Source: Macrostomum lignano (Eukaryota). From it: DNA of 64,000 nucleotides. The notes under the pieces are model-generated. The model saw nothing but the letters and a program-made list of their open reading frames with translations, did no database searches and was not told the origin of the DNA. Of this stretch, positions 35,103 through 48,246 are shown one piece after another (positions within the stretch are counted from its first letter, which is position 1; the number at the start of each line of letters is the position of its first letter). Location of the stretch: assembly GCA_002269645.1 (NCBI GenBank), contig NIVC01000219.1, positions 208,532-272,531 of the forward strand, written 5' to 3'. The translations under genes were made by a program, and so were the position numbers.

Positions 35103-35699
35103 TTAATAATTCTTACTAATTAACAGGTCTTTTGTACTATATCAAAAAGATAGGTCACTGAGCTTTGAATAGATAAACAGACACAAATAATTTGATCGAG
35201 TTTGCTTATAAAGGCAAAGAAGAAGGGTGGTTCAGTCAGGGTGGCTCCTTTTTTTAAACTCTTGGTGCCCTTCACTTTTAGATTTTTCTTTTAGTCTGTG
35301 TAAAATAAAGTTTGAAAAGTTGATTAACGTGCGCATTTCTACTAATGGTAGTATTTTAGTAGTGCATAATTAACGACTTAAGTCTGCTTTTATAGAAACT
35401 CGATTTCCTCTAGGGGATCTGGTAAAAAAATTTCGGGTCAGTTATTTGTTCTCAAATCAGTTTATTCTCGGTGAATTGTTTATTTAATTTTTTAATGGCA
35501 AATATTTTAATTGTATATGTTAATTAGTTCGTATGTTAATGCTTATAAACCCCGAATACATGTTAATGTGTTTCTATTTTTAAATTCAGCTGAAATTTTT
35601 TGTCAATTCTATGTTTATTCTTGTCTACAAAGTGCAAAAAATCGATAAAAACTTTCTATTACTTTCTTTTTGAAGCGGCCCATGATTAGCTGCGCCCCT

Positions 35700-35970
35700 C
35701 TCATCCAATCAGATTAGGCTTAGGCTAGACTATGGGGAGGACCCATAGTTTAGGTCACGTGATTTAGCTAGCGCTCCGCTCAGCCAATCAGATTAGACCT
35801 AGACTGGACTATGGGAAGGAACCATAGTTTAAGTCACGTGATTTAGCTAGCGCTCCGCTCAGCCAATCAGATTAGGTCTAGACTGGACTATGGGAAGGAA
35901 CCATAGTTTAGGTCACGTGATTTAGCTAGCGCTCCGCTTAGCCAATCAGATTAGGCCTAGACTAGACTAT
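35700..35970 (+). promoter_or_regulatory. 79-bp tandem repeat x ~3.4, each unit with a CCAAT box and a TCACGTGA E-box, upstream of Aurora kinase
   Basis: CCAAT at 35705, 35784, 35863, 35942; GTCACGTGA in each full unit. Confidence 0.7.
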
Positions 35971-36543
35971 AGTTAGCACGGAAGAAAGATACGATTGAGG
36001 TGGCTGTTGATTGAGCTTCCTCCCTCGTCCTTATCTATAAGGCAATTTAGGTGTAAATGTAATCAGTTAATTCCCTGTTTAAGCCAAGCTGCCGTAAATC
36101 GGTTTAAATTATGTTTTACTTATATTTACTTACTAATATGCTTGCTATATCCAGAGTCAGTGTTTTTAGTCAGACTGAGTAAGTAAGTAAATAAAATAAA
36201 AGTTTTAATGCTTTCAAAGCTATTTTGGAGATTGATAATTTATTGTAGCTTTTGTTACTTTTTCTACTTTTGAAGTAGTATGTAGGCTATTATTTATGCG
36301 ATTCACACCCATGAGAGTCAGCCCCCAAAGCCACAGAGAGTGTGCATTCCTGACTACACTGAGACTTGAACTGAATTGGGCTGAGGCTAATTCCGCTTTT
36401 GGCCATAGACTAAAGAAACACTTTATCCACTCTCGAGCTCGAATTGAATGTCATTCCGCATTTTACACTAAATATTCCAGCCGTTAACTTCACTAAAACG
36501 CAAATTCGACGCGTCCAGTAGTCGAGTTCAAGCCACCGCTAGC

Positions 36544-39500
36544 ATGGAAACCACGGCCAACAATAAGAAGAAAACCGATATTGATACCGCCGCTACTAAG
36601 AAACGCTTGCCAGTGTCATCGGCAGCGTCATCTTATCGCTTGCCTGTGCCACATCAGCAGCCGGCATCGCGTATCCAATCTCAGTTGAGGCCGCCAGCCG
36701 CAGGCGCTAGATTTGGTGCTGGATCTGCTGCTACTGCTGCCGGTACTGCCACTTCAGCTAAAGAGAACAAGCGACCATTGGTATCGGCAACAGCAGCCGC
36801 TGGAGGCCGATACCAGCTGCGGCATCCGGCGCCTAGACCTGCAGCTGGCCAGGCGCATCCTCCTTCATCAACATCTGCTGCGGCTGCTAAGACCGCTGCT
36901 GCCAATGCCGCGGCCCTCAGACTCCGGGCCGCTGCTGCCGCTGCCGCCGCGTCAACTCCAGCAGCAGCTTCAGCCTCTTCGTCATCCTCTGTGTCAGCTT
37001 CAACTTCGGAGCGCTTAAAACAGCTGACGGTGTCTTCTGCTGCCAAGCTGGCCCAGCAGGACAAGCTGAAATCCGCCACTAATATCGATATGATTAGGGC
37101 TAAGCTGAAGCAGACTGTTGCTGTCGATGCTGCTGCCTCCGGTTCCACCTCAGCATCCGCCTCAGCATCCGCCTCAGCTGTCGCTCCGTCTTCATCCGAT
37201 GCCGATGCAGCCGCTAAACTGGGCCAAGTGAAGCTGGACGCCAACGGTCCAACTGGGGATATTAATCGTGAGGACAAGGAAACGCTCAGCGATACAATTT
37301 GTCGATTAGAATGCGAGGGTGACAATGAGCAGTCTGACAAGCAGAAGTCTGCTCGGCAGCAGAAACAGGTAAAGATCGATTCTTCATCGATTCTTAGTTA
37401 CAAGAATTCTCATATGAAATACAGTTTTTATATTCTACTTGAGACTTAAAAATCCTAGTCCAAAAGTAAGAAGCCCCTTGAGTCTCCAACTCAAACTTAG
37501 GAATCCCCGTCCCAAACTTGGGAATCCCCGTCCCAAACTTAGGAATCCCCGTCCCAAACTTGGGAATCCCCGTCCCAAACTTAGGAATCCCCACCCAAAC
37601 TTAGGAATCCCCACCCAAACTTAGGAATCCCCACCCCAAACTTTGGAATCCCCATCCAAAACTCGGGAATCCCCATTCAAATCTCGGGAATCCCCATCCA
37701 AATCTCTGGAATCCCCATTCAAATCTTGGGAATCCCTATTCAAATTTCGGAAATCCCCATCCAAATCTCGGGAATCCCGATTCAAATCTTGGGAATTTAC
37801 ATTCAAATCTCGGGAATCCCTATCCAAATCTTGGAAATCCCTATTCAAAACTCGAAAATCCCCATTCAAATCTCGGGAATTCCCATTCAAATCTCGGGAA
37901 TTCCCACAAAGACTTAGTAAGGCATACTGTTCCTTGCTGCAACAATTCAGAAGAATCTGCAATATTCAATAATATCAGGATTCGGGTCAGCAACACCAGC
38001 AGCAGCAGCAGCAACAACAGCAGCGCCAACGGGAGCAATGGTCAATCCAAGACTTCGACATTGGCCAGATGCTTGGCCGCGGCAAATTCGGCTGCGTATT
38101 CCAGGGCCGCGAGAAGCGATCAGGTTTCCTAGTCGGCTTGAAGATCCTATTCAAGGCTCAGATTGATAAGTACGCCATTCACAATCAGATTCGCCGCGAA
38201 ATTGAAATCCAAAGCCACCTGCAGCATCCCAATATCCTGAGACTGTACGCCTATTTTCACGATCCCCGGCGAGTCTACCTGGTGCTGGAGTTTGCCAGCG
38301 GCGGCGAACTCTTCAAAATGTTGTCCTCTGCCAGCCGCTTCAGCGACAGGCGGGCGGCCACCTACATCTATCAGCTGCTGCACGCGCTGCGCTACTGCCA
38401 CTCGCTCAATGTCTATCATAGGGATATTAAGCCCGAGAACCTGCTGCTGTCTGGCAGCGGAGCGCTTAAGGTAATCTCTGCTCCCTGCATCTCCCCTGCT
38501 CTCTGCATCTCCCCTGCTCCCTGCATCTTCCTCTGCTCCCTGCATCTCCCCTGCTCCCTGCATCTTCCTCTGCTCTCTGCATCTCCCCTGCTCCCTGCAT
38601 CTTCCTCTGCTCCCTGCATCTCCCCTGCTCCCTGCATCTTCCTCTGCTCCCTGCATCTCACCTGCTCCCTGCATCTTCCTGTGCTCCATGCACCTCGCCT
38701 GCTCCCTGCATCTCCCCTGCTCCCTGCATCTCACCTGCTCCCTGCATCTCCATTGCTCCCTGCATCTCCCTGCTCCCTGCATCTCACCTGCTCCCTGCAT
38801 CTCCATTGCTCCCTGCATCTCCCTGCTCCCTGCATCTTACTCTGCTCCCTGCAACTCACCTGCTCCCTGCATCTACCTGCTCCCTGCATCTCACCTGCTC
38901 CCTGCATCTCACCTGCTCCCTGCATCTCCCTGCTCCCTGCATCTTACTCTGCTCCCTGCATCTTACTCTGCTCCCTGCATCTCACCTGCTCCTTGCATCT
39001 CCCTGCTCCCTGCATCTCCCCTGCTCCCTGCATCTCACCTGCTCCCTACATCCTCCTGTGCTCCATGCACCTCACCTGCTCCCTGCATCTCCTTTGCTCC
39101 CTGCATCTTACTCTGCTCCCTGCATCTCACCTGCTCCCTGCATCTCCCTGCTCCCTGCATCTTACTCTGCTCCCTGCATCTCACCTGTTCTCTGCATCTT
39201 TTTCTGCTCCCTGCATCTCCTCTTGCTCCCTGCATCTGAGCCTCTGCTCCCTGCATCTCACCTGTTCTTTGCATCTCTTCTGCTCCCTGCATCTGAGCCT
39301 CTGCTTCCTGCGCTGCTCCCTGCATCTCCCCTTCCTCTCTGCATCTCCTCTGCTCCCTGCATCTCCCCTTCCTCCCTGCATCTCCTCTGCTCCCTGCATC
39401 TCCTCTGCTCCCGGCTTCCTGCGTCTCCTCTGCTCCCTGCATCTCCCCTTCCTCCCTGCATCTCCTCTGCTCCCTGCATCTCCTCTGCTCCCTGCATCTC

Positions 39501-40036
39501 CCTGCTCCCTGCATCTCCCCTGCTCCCTGCATCTCCCTGCTCCCTGCATCCCCGGCTTCCTGCGTCTCCTCTGCTCGCACACCCCCCACTGACAATGTCC
39601 GGCCCTCCCGCAGATGGCCGACTTCGGCTGGTCGGTGCACTCGCCGGGCTCAAACAGGACCACCGTGTGCGGCACCCCCGACTACCTGCCGCCGGAGATG
39701 ATCGCCAACAAGCGCTACGATCACCGGGTGGACATCTGGGCCACCGGGGTCCTGACCTACGAGTTCCTTCGCGGTGCGCCGCCATTCTACGACAGCAACG
39801 ACCAGTTGAAAATGTCGAAAATTGTTCGCGGCAAATTTGACTGGCCGAAATTCTTTCAACCGTTGGCGAAATCTTTTATCGGCTCCATTCTGCGAGTCAA
39901 TCCTGACGAACGGGCCAGCGTCCAGCAGCTCATGTCGCATGCTTGGATTGAGAACTTCGCCGAGAAGGTGCTGGATCGGGGGCCGGACCTCACTGGCGAG
40001 GCTGAGCGACTGGCAGCTGCGGGCTCGGCTAACTGA
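36544..40036 (+). CDS. Aurora kinase with long Ala/Ser-rich N-terminus (~579 aa)
   Basis: Exons 36544-37368, 37979-38470, 39614-40036 in frame. WSIQDFDIGQMLGRGKFG, QIRREIEIQSHLQHPNILRLYAYFHD, HRDIKPENLL, ADFGWSVHSPGSNRTTVCGTPDYLPPEMI are Aurora-specific; A/B subtype not assignable. Confidence 0.95.
37480..37915 (+). repeat. ~21-bp minisatellite (GGAATCCCC.TCC.AAA.T), Aurora intron 1
   Basis: Direct reading. Confidence 0.9.
38476..39575 (+). repeat. Composite CTCCCTGCATCT minisatellite filling Aurora intron 2
   Basis: Starts ~5 nt after the donor at 38471 and ends ~40 nt before the acceptor at 39613. Confidence 0.95.
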
Positions 40037-40329
40037 CTGTGCGACTGCGACTGCGAAGCTTGATTTTTATATTTAATTATACTAATCCTCTTCTTGTCGT
40101 GTTTTAATAGCTCCGATAGTATATAAATCTGTTTACCAAGTTGTCTATTGTAGTACCCTAATTATAGTACACACTGCTCTTTAATATATCAAACCTATGA
40201 TTTAAGGATAAAAATAAAATATAATAGAAGTACCGAATATGCAATCAGTCCCGTGGCTGAGTTCTGTTTTTGTGAGCTTGAACCTTCTATTATGCCATTT
40301 GCAAAACCACATGCCCCAAACTTCTCTCC

Positions 40330-40905
40330 CCAATACCTACTTCACAAACCATCGACCCCACAAACCCTGACCCCACAAGCCCTGACCCCACAACCTCAAA
40401 CCACACAAACCCAAACCTCCCAACCCCCAACCCTACAACCCCTCCAACTTCGCAACCCGTAACCCCAGTTACCCCACACACCCTCCAAACCCACAACCCC
40501 CAACCCCACAAACCCTCCAAACCCACAACCCCCAACCCCACAAACCCTCCAAACCCACAACCCCCAACCCCACACACCCTCCAAACCCGCAACCCCCAAC
40601 CCCACAAACCCTCCAAACCCACAACCCCCAACCCACAAACCCTCCAAACCCACAACCCCCAACCCCACAAACCCTCCAAACCCGCAACCCCCAACCCCAC
40701 AAACCCTCCAAACCCACAACCCCCAACCCACAAACCCTCCAAACCCACAACCCCCAACCCCACAAACCCTCCAAACCCGCAACCCCCAACCCCACAAACC
40801 CTCCAAACCCACAACCCCCAACCCCACAAACCCTCCAAACCCACAACCCCCAACCCCACAAACCCTCCAAACCCGCAACCCCCAACCCCACAAACCCAAC
40901 CCCAC
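40330..40905 (+). repeat. 32-bp C/A-rich minisatellite (AAACCCTCCAAACCCACAACCCCCAACCCCAC)
   Basis: Direct reading. Confidence 0.93.
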
Positions 40906-41624
40906 CACGTACCGCCGACCCCAGAAACCCAGCTGATTTTAGGTTACAATTTCTGAAGTACTTTTGCTGTTTAAACAAAATCCTCTTTCACAAACAAATT
41001 ATTTTACGTCTCAGCTGATTGCACACCTTATTTATATCGTTGCTACAGGCATTTTAAAATAATTAATGCATTTTGCTAAACCACTGCATTGCAACTGATT
41101 TATTGTTTACTTTTATACCAGTTTTCAGCTCAAATATTGTTTCATTGTGAAAAATTAAAGTGAAACAAAAATCAGCATTTCGCATGTAACAATGGTGCTT
41201 GATTACATTTGCTTTAATTTCTTGCTTTCTAATTTATCCATTCAATACCCCTGAGAGTTCACTAATGTGCTTCTCCTTCTTTACCCTGACAAATATTTTC
41301 CCATCAAATGGAAAGTCAAATATCGTTAATTCAAAGCTATTCGATGGTGTGTTTTTTTAGAAAATAAAAGCTTAAAATAACAAAATAAACGAAATATTAT
41401 TTTTTAAAGCCGACCGTCTCATTGCTGTTTGAAACTGGAAAACTCAAATCTTACTCTGGTTGATTATTTACTTCTGTGCCGCTCATTTTATACCGGTTAA
41501 TTGTAGCACACAACTCTGCACTTCACACACCTTAAATCACACGCACGAACTAACGCACCTGGGCTCACACACACACACACACACTCCTCAACTTACACAC
41601 TCCCGGTCTCGCACCCAACGTACA

Positions 41625-42655
41625 CAAACCCCAAATCCCACAAACCCAAATAACACAAACTCAACTCACACAAACCCAGGGACTACTCAAGTTTGAGTAG
41701 TCCCTGCACAAACCCAAATCACACGAACCCAAATCACACAAACCCTAATCACACAAACCCTAATCACACGAACCCAAATCACACAAACCCTAATCACACA
41801 AACCCTAATCACACGAACCCAAATCACACAAACCCTAATCACACAAACCCTAATCACACGAACCCAAATCACACAAACCCTAATCACACAAACCCTAATC
41901 ACACGAACCCAAATCACACGAACCCAAATCACACGAACCCAAATCACACGAACCCAAATCACACGAACCCAAATCACACGAACCCAAATCACACAAACCC
42001 AAATCACACGAACCCAAATCACACGAACCCAAATCACACAAACCCAAATCACACGAACCCAAATCACACAAACCCAAATCACACGAACCCAAATCATACA
42101 AACCCAAATCACACAAACCCAAATCACACGAACCCAAATCACACGAACCCAAATCACACGAACCCAAATCAAACAAACCCAAATCACACAAACCCAAATC
42201 AAACAAACCCTAATCACACAAACCCAAATCACACGAACCCAAATCATACAAACCCAAATCACACGAACCCAAATCAAACAAGCCCCAATCACACGAACCC
42301 AAATCAAACAAACCCAAATCACACAAACCCAAATCACACAAACCCAAATCAAACAAACCCTAATCACACAAACCCAAATCACACGAACCCAAATCATACA
42401 AACCCAAATCACACGAACCCAAATCAAACAAGCCCCAATCACACGAACCCAAATCAAACAAACCCTAATCACACAAACCCAAATCACACGAACCCAAATC
42501 AAACAAGCCCAAATCACACAAACCCAAATCAAACAAACCCTAATCACACAAACCCAAATCACACGAACCCTAATCAAACAAACCCAAATCACACGAACAC
42601 ATTCACACGAACCCAAATCACACGAACACATTCACACAAACCCAAATCACACACC
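41625..42655 (+). repeat. 15-bp minisatellite (AACCCAAATCACAC[A/G])
   Basis: Direct reading; abuts the LRR gene stop codon. Confidence 0.95.
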
Positions 42656-42672
42656 AACTGACACTCAAACTG

Positions 42673-45600
42673 TCAGCAGTCCACACTGTTGGCAGGAAAC
42701 GCGGCAGTCCACTCCGCCTCTTGATCCATTCCGCATTCGTAGTCGTTGGGCATCTGCCCCCAGTCCAGCCGCATGTACATGCACACGGCGGCTCGGTTCT
42801 CGTAGCAGACGGCCGCTTCTGCCAGTTGCCTGTTGTTCCTGCATCCGCCTTTCTGCCGACAGAATCTGCTGCCGGTCCTGTGCAGCCAGCAGCGTAGTAG
42901 GATGACGCTTGTTGCAGAAATTGCCGCTAGGAAAATTAAGCCAGCTAGCCAGGTGAAGACTTCACTGCTGGACACGCTGGAGAGCGAAGCGTAGGATAGA
43001 GACTGCTGGTCTTTGTTCGGGCCTGTTACAGGCACTGTGCTAGCCAAGATGCAGTGCAGAGTTTGATACTCGGGCATCAGGTGAACTCTGGTTGCTAAGC
43101 AGATTCGATAGCCAAGCCGAGGTTGCAGTTGGTTGCAGGTGACTCCAGCTGGCTGCAGTGAAGTGACTGCCAGCGGAAGGATTCTGCTGTCAGATGATGG
43201 AGAGAGGGGCTGATGGCTGTGCTCGGCAGGGCCACACAGTATGGCGTAGTCTGACCAGCGATGGTCTGCAGCTTCTCGGTGGCTGGTGAAATTGTGAACG
43301 CGCACTGTCAGGCTGCTGAGGGTCACCTTGAAATGGGTAGGTTTGAAACTAATTGTGGCTAAAGATAGTTTGCACTTTTTAAAGGTAAATGGTCAGACAC
43401 TCAATGTTGATTCCGAACGAAAAAATGATAATAAGGGCTATAAACTAAATGTACATTGTGAGGGAAGGAATGATAATAAGGGCTATAAACTAAATGTACA
43501 TTGTGAGGGAAGGAATTACAATAAGGGCTATAAACTAAATGTACATTGTGAGGGAAGGAATGATAATAAGGGCTATAAACTAAATGTACATTGTGAGGGA
43601 AGGAATTATAATAAGGGCTATAAACTAAATGTACATTGTGAGGGAAGGAATGATAATAATGGCTATAAACTAAATGTACATTGTGAGGGAAGGAATGATA
43701 ATTCTAAGCAAACAAAGATCGAGTAACCCTAAATATCGAGGTTAAATGTTAAAAGTGCCTGTTTCATCTATCCGCTCGTATACTAATACTGGCTTCACCT
43801 GAATCAGTTCAAGCCGAGCGTAAGTCCTCTTCACAATAATCCTCACAGCGCGCACGGGCGCATCGGTGGCATTGTCCCGACGGCTGCCAGATAAAGTACG
43901 CTGTTGCCGATTGGATTCCAAAGCAAACACGCACCGATAGAGACCTGTGTGCTGTACAGAGGCATCAGCTATGAGCAGGTCCTGATCAGCTGTGATTCGC
44001 ACCCTGTCCCAGACAGACGCTGATGAAGTTGCCTCAGCAGTTGTATCTGGAAGAAGCCAGCGACCGCGACCTTCCATCGGTGGCAGCGATCGGCAGGGTA
44101 GTAGAAGTCGTTGGCCAGGAGCCAAGCGAATCTCAGGTGGAAACAGGTTGGCCAGCGCCGGTCGCTCAGACCGTCGGCCTGTATGTGCGCGTGTAGTTTT
44201 TAAAACAGAGTTTAACAGTAAAACTTGATAAATGGCATTAATACTCGACTCAGGATTGGTAAAGTCTATGATAAAATCTCCAAGGAGTGTGTGCAGGATC
44301 GGTGATGTCTATGGCAACATCTCCAAGGAGTGTGTGCAGGATTGGTGATGTCTATGGCAACATCTCCAAGGAGTGTGTGCAGGATTGGTGATGTCTATGG
44401 CAACATCTCCAAGGAGTGTGTGCAGGATTGGTGATGTCTATGGCAACATCTCCAAGGAGCGCTAGCACAGTGAGCCCACAATCATTACCGGCACTCAAAC
44501 GAGGTAGCGCTGGACAGTCAATGGCTGCCAGCTCGCTTACGAACTCCAACCTCGGACAGTCGTTCAAGTCCACTCGGCTGAGACGAGGCATCGAGCGAAT
44601 GGCTTCAGCGTCAATAAGCAGAAGTCTCCTTGAGCCGTTCATTAGCAGCGTCTCCAGATTAGCCAGGCGAACTAAGCTGTCGCGCTGCAGAGCTTCCAGT
44701 TGGTTGTCGCCGACGTCGAGATGACTCAGGCTGGACAGCATAGCCGGCAGTTTGAGCAGCCGGTTTCCAGATAGCAACAGCCGCTGCAAAGACCAGAGAC
44801 CTTGGAGACTGTCAAGGGACAGGTCTGACAGGCGGTTGGCGCTCAGGTCCAGGCTGCGCAGGCTGCTGTTGAGATGCCGGAACACCGCCGGAGGCAGGTA
44901 GCTGAGCTGGTTAGAGTGCAGGGACAGGTGCTCCAGCGAGGTCAGGCCTGCCGTTTGACAGTGAGATCGTCTGTTTACTTCGTGTATATACGGGTGTGGC
45001 TCACCGACAGGTATATATTTGCCTGTATATGACTCATCCATCCCTTGAAGCGGAACGCACCTAACGACTAACCCATTGTCCTCACCCTATTTTATTACCC
45101 AATCACAGCATGCCTAGGGAGCTGACGTCACTCGGCTGCTAGGCAACGCAAGTCAATTTAAGGGCAGTTTAAGGGCGCTCTGATCGCATATTTATACCAG
45201 AAATTGATGAGGACGCACTTTTTCCCAAATTCCACGCTAGCACATGGGCTCTAAACTTGCTAGCCTACTAACAGCAGGTTATGGGTATTTTTCTCCATTT
45301 TTCGTAATTTTTCTAGAATTCATACTAGTAGGACTTCTGTAGCTATATATATGAATCTGCCAGACTTGTAGTTATAATAACATAGGCGCGGTTTTTTGCT
45401 ACCTTTGGGGTCATAAATCATTGCTTTTGAGCTGGTCTGACAGCAAACTCAGTGTTGAGACTGGCGCCAGATGGTCTGAGAGGATGCGGGCGGTAGCTTT
45501 TTTCTCATCATTTTGACAGGCCATCAAGATTTATGAGTTCAGGGCCTATTTTTCGGGTTCACTCAAGCGTGTGACAGCTTTGACAGCTATGCGTTTTACC

Positions 45601-48246
45601 CCTAAAAGTACGTTGGGATTAGCGATTAGCGATTTCTTTTCATTATCTTCACTTTCTGCTTAATAAGAGCTTTTTAATGTATATTTTTTCATTAATTTTT
45701 GTCATTCCTACGCGAAAAGTAATAAATCATTTTGTTGCGATTTTGATTGATTTATGGCCGCACCGGTCATATTTTTACGACCCCGAGGGAACTGATAGGA
45801 TCTCCCGGTCACGTGACTTTGGGTGGCAACAAGCTCAGCCAATCAGAAAATTCGACGCTCATTTTAACAAATCGGCTCAGCCAATCAGAATCGACGTGTT
45901 CCAATTTAACAAACTACGGTCCAGTTGGCGGCTATTTAAACCGCGGTGTTTTTGGCCCGCTCGGACTAACTTTGCAACCCTTTGGGGAGACCGGCCAGGA
46001 ACTTGCTCTCTCATTGGCCCGACCGTCGTTTCTTGATCCCCGGATTGCGACTCCCCCATCATCATCAAGGACGAATTCCCCCGGTCATCAGCAGTGAACA
46101 TCAAAGTGAAGAGCATCACCTGCTAGCTATCTGCGAAGGTTGTGACATCAGCATCATCCCGAGTCTACAGCTGCGAAGCACTAAGCCGATTCGGTCACTG
46201 TGGATTACCTGGTCTCAGGCTGTTGAGTTTCTGATTGGTTGGGTGAGAGGCTACCTAGACTTGCTTGATTGGGTGATTCCCTATCTGTCCCCTGTTTCAG
46301 TTAGGATTAGGTGCACACTTTTGCTCATTTTGTTCAGTAGTTCTGTTACTGAGGCAGAAATCATTCAATAATACTGCTAGTAGTCTGAAGCTCCAATTTA
46401 ATCTGAGGTGTGAAGTGATTCAAGGAGAAGGTGAAATCTGATAGATATTTTTATCGGTTTTATTTCTTTGTTCGCCGATGGCTCAGATGAGCGGCTAAGC
46501 TAGTAGGCGCCGGTCATAGTAGACCGATGACAAGGCAGTTCTCAGTCGATCAATCTATCAAATCAGTGAGCGAAACTGCCAGTAGTGCAGAATCGGCGCC
46601 AGAGATGTACTCTGTGCACTCTAGGTTAGCCAAGCGGCTCGGGTGATGAATCATGCGGTCTCTGATGTTCGAGTTAGCCTATCATCAGCGCTAGGAGAGG
46701 CTGGTTGGCGCGTTGAAGGCCAAAAGTACAATTCTTCGTATTTAGCAATGTTATAGTACATGTAGCTACCCCATAGTCTCGCCACTGCAAGAATCCCCTG
46801 CACAAGTCCCCTCTGTACCTGCATGGCCAATGCGATCAAGTCCCAGCAGTGTCCCTTATCATCGGCTATGACTTCAAGATTGACAGCAAAAAGACACTAG
46901 TTGGCAGGTAAGTGCAAAGCCCCTTCTAGTCGGAAGCCCGATTACGAAAGTTCCGGTTTGGTGAGCCAGGACGTACGGGCTGGTGGCAGCGAGCTAGCTA
47001 ATCTGCGGATTAACTAATTTCTACCTTCAAAATTCTCCTTGCTTGTCTCTCGCTGTCCCTCTCTTAGCTATAGGACCTAGACTGCTCGCCACATGATCAA
47101 GCTACCATGGGGCTGACCATCTGACAGGATTGGGGGCCAGGACTCTAATTGATTTATTTCTGAGACCTGAGGCTTCCCCACAAGGGGGCCGAAAGGCCGA
47201 AACCCATCAAAATCCTGTCCTGACAGTTCTTACTGAATGCAGTACAGATTAAGCCTGATGAAGCATGGCTCGTGTAGTGTAGTAAGTACACGATCGAATT
47301 GCTATCACAGTATAGGACATCGCCTACTACTGAAGAGTAGCAATAATCCGAAGCGAATAACGTTCGCGTGGGCATGTGCATTCCCGCTATAAGTTAAAGA
47401 GAGCTTCGAACGGGTGTTGTCCACAAGAGTGAGGCCCTGCAGAGCTTAACGGTTTTAACTTTGGCTGTCAAATTGTCTTGGGACTCGTTTTGTATCCTTT
47501 TACAGCAGGGGTCAGCAAAGTCCTTTAAAACCTCACAATAGAAATCCGGCAAGCTCTCCTTAGCTCTCTTCTCTCCTCTCATCTAGCCCGCAGTCATACA
47601 CTGGATTCTCTATACTGGCCTTCGGTGTGAAAAGTTATCCGACAACTGTATTACAGCCTTCAATCAATGCAGCCATGCATGTACGACTCTTTACCCAGAA
47701 TGCCTCAGCCGACAGCCGCTCCAGCAGGTTGGCGCCCAGGTCAAGCCGGGTCAAACTCTGGCAGCACCTCCGTCCGATGCCGCCTGCCGCCCCATCATCA
47801 ACGGTTGTCAGGCTTCGAATCCGATTGCCATCCAGCCGCAAATCCGTGAGCCCAGCAGCCCAGGTGAACCATCCAGTGCCAATGAGCTCAAAGCGATTCC
47901 CGGAGAGTCGCAGGTCAGTCAGAGCAGACCACTGCAAGCCCGCAGTTGAGACGTCAAAGTTTGTCAAACCGCAGTGCACAGCGTCAAGTCTTCGTACCCG
48001 AGGAAACGAGCTGGCTAGGAAAGCCACATCCAGGCTAGCCAGGCCTCTGTTATACGACACGTCCAGCCTGTCCAGAGCGGCCAGCCGTTCGGCAGTTGCT
48101 GGCAGATCAATCTCAGCAGCTAGATGAACTAAACCAGCGTGCAAGCACTCGTAGATGTGCCCGTTGCGGTATTGGCAGGCCAGAGCCCTGCTAAGGCTTC
48201 GCTGTTGCAACAGCAGCAATACCAGCAGAGTCCTCAGGAGCTGCAT
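42673..48246 (-). CDS. Leucine-rich repeat, Ig and FN3-like single-pass membrane protein (LRRN/LINGO-type architecture); exon 1-2 junction is out of phase by 1 nt
   Basis: Exons 48246-47695 (signal peptide, LRRs), 44947-44489 (LRRs), 44178-43799 (Ig: LLLPC...GRWLLP...DLLIADASVQHTGLYRC), 43326-42673 (FN3-like, TM VFTWLAGLIFLAAISATSVILL, tail). Junctions 2-3 and 3-4 are in phase. Confidence 0.78.
43420..43702 (+). repeat. 45-bp tandem repeat x ~6 in LRR gene intron 3
   Basis: GGCTATAAACTAAATGTACATTGTGAGGGAAGGAATGATAATAAG units. Confidence 0.93.
44278..44458 (+). repeat. 43-bp tandem repeat x ~4 in LRR gene intron 2
   Basis: TCTCCAAGGAGTGTGTGCAGGATTGGTGATGTCTATGGCAACA units. Confidence 0.93.
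45205..47209. mobile_element. TGATG...CATCA element, copy 2 (2005 bp), inserted in LRR gene intron 1
   Basis: AAAT duplication at 45201-45204 and 47210-47213; same orientation as copy 1. Confidence 0.85.

Noticed and set aside
36681-37340. Long antisense ORFs over Aurora exon 1 and over ICE2 exon 6 (50995-51498)
   Set aside because: Expected shadow frames of GC-rich, Ala-rich coding sequence.
38471-39592. 507-aa ORF extending the Aurora N-lobe with Cys/Leu/Pro repeats
   Set aside because: Intron 2 minisatellite with good GT/AG ends; splicing restores LK|MADFG, and the read-through frame stops before the DFG exon.
41740-41900. CCCTAA-containing units suggesting interstitial telomere
   Set aside because: The hexamer is a minor variant within a 15-bp unit, not tandem TTAGGG.
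41693-42661. (TNPNH)n ORF resembling a repeat surface antigen
   Set aside because: 15-bp tandem repeat downstream of the LRR gene stop; no signal peptide or unique flanking coding sequence.
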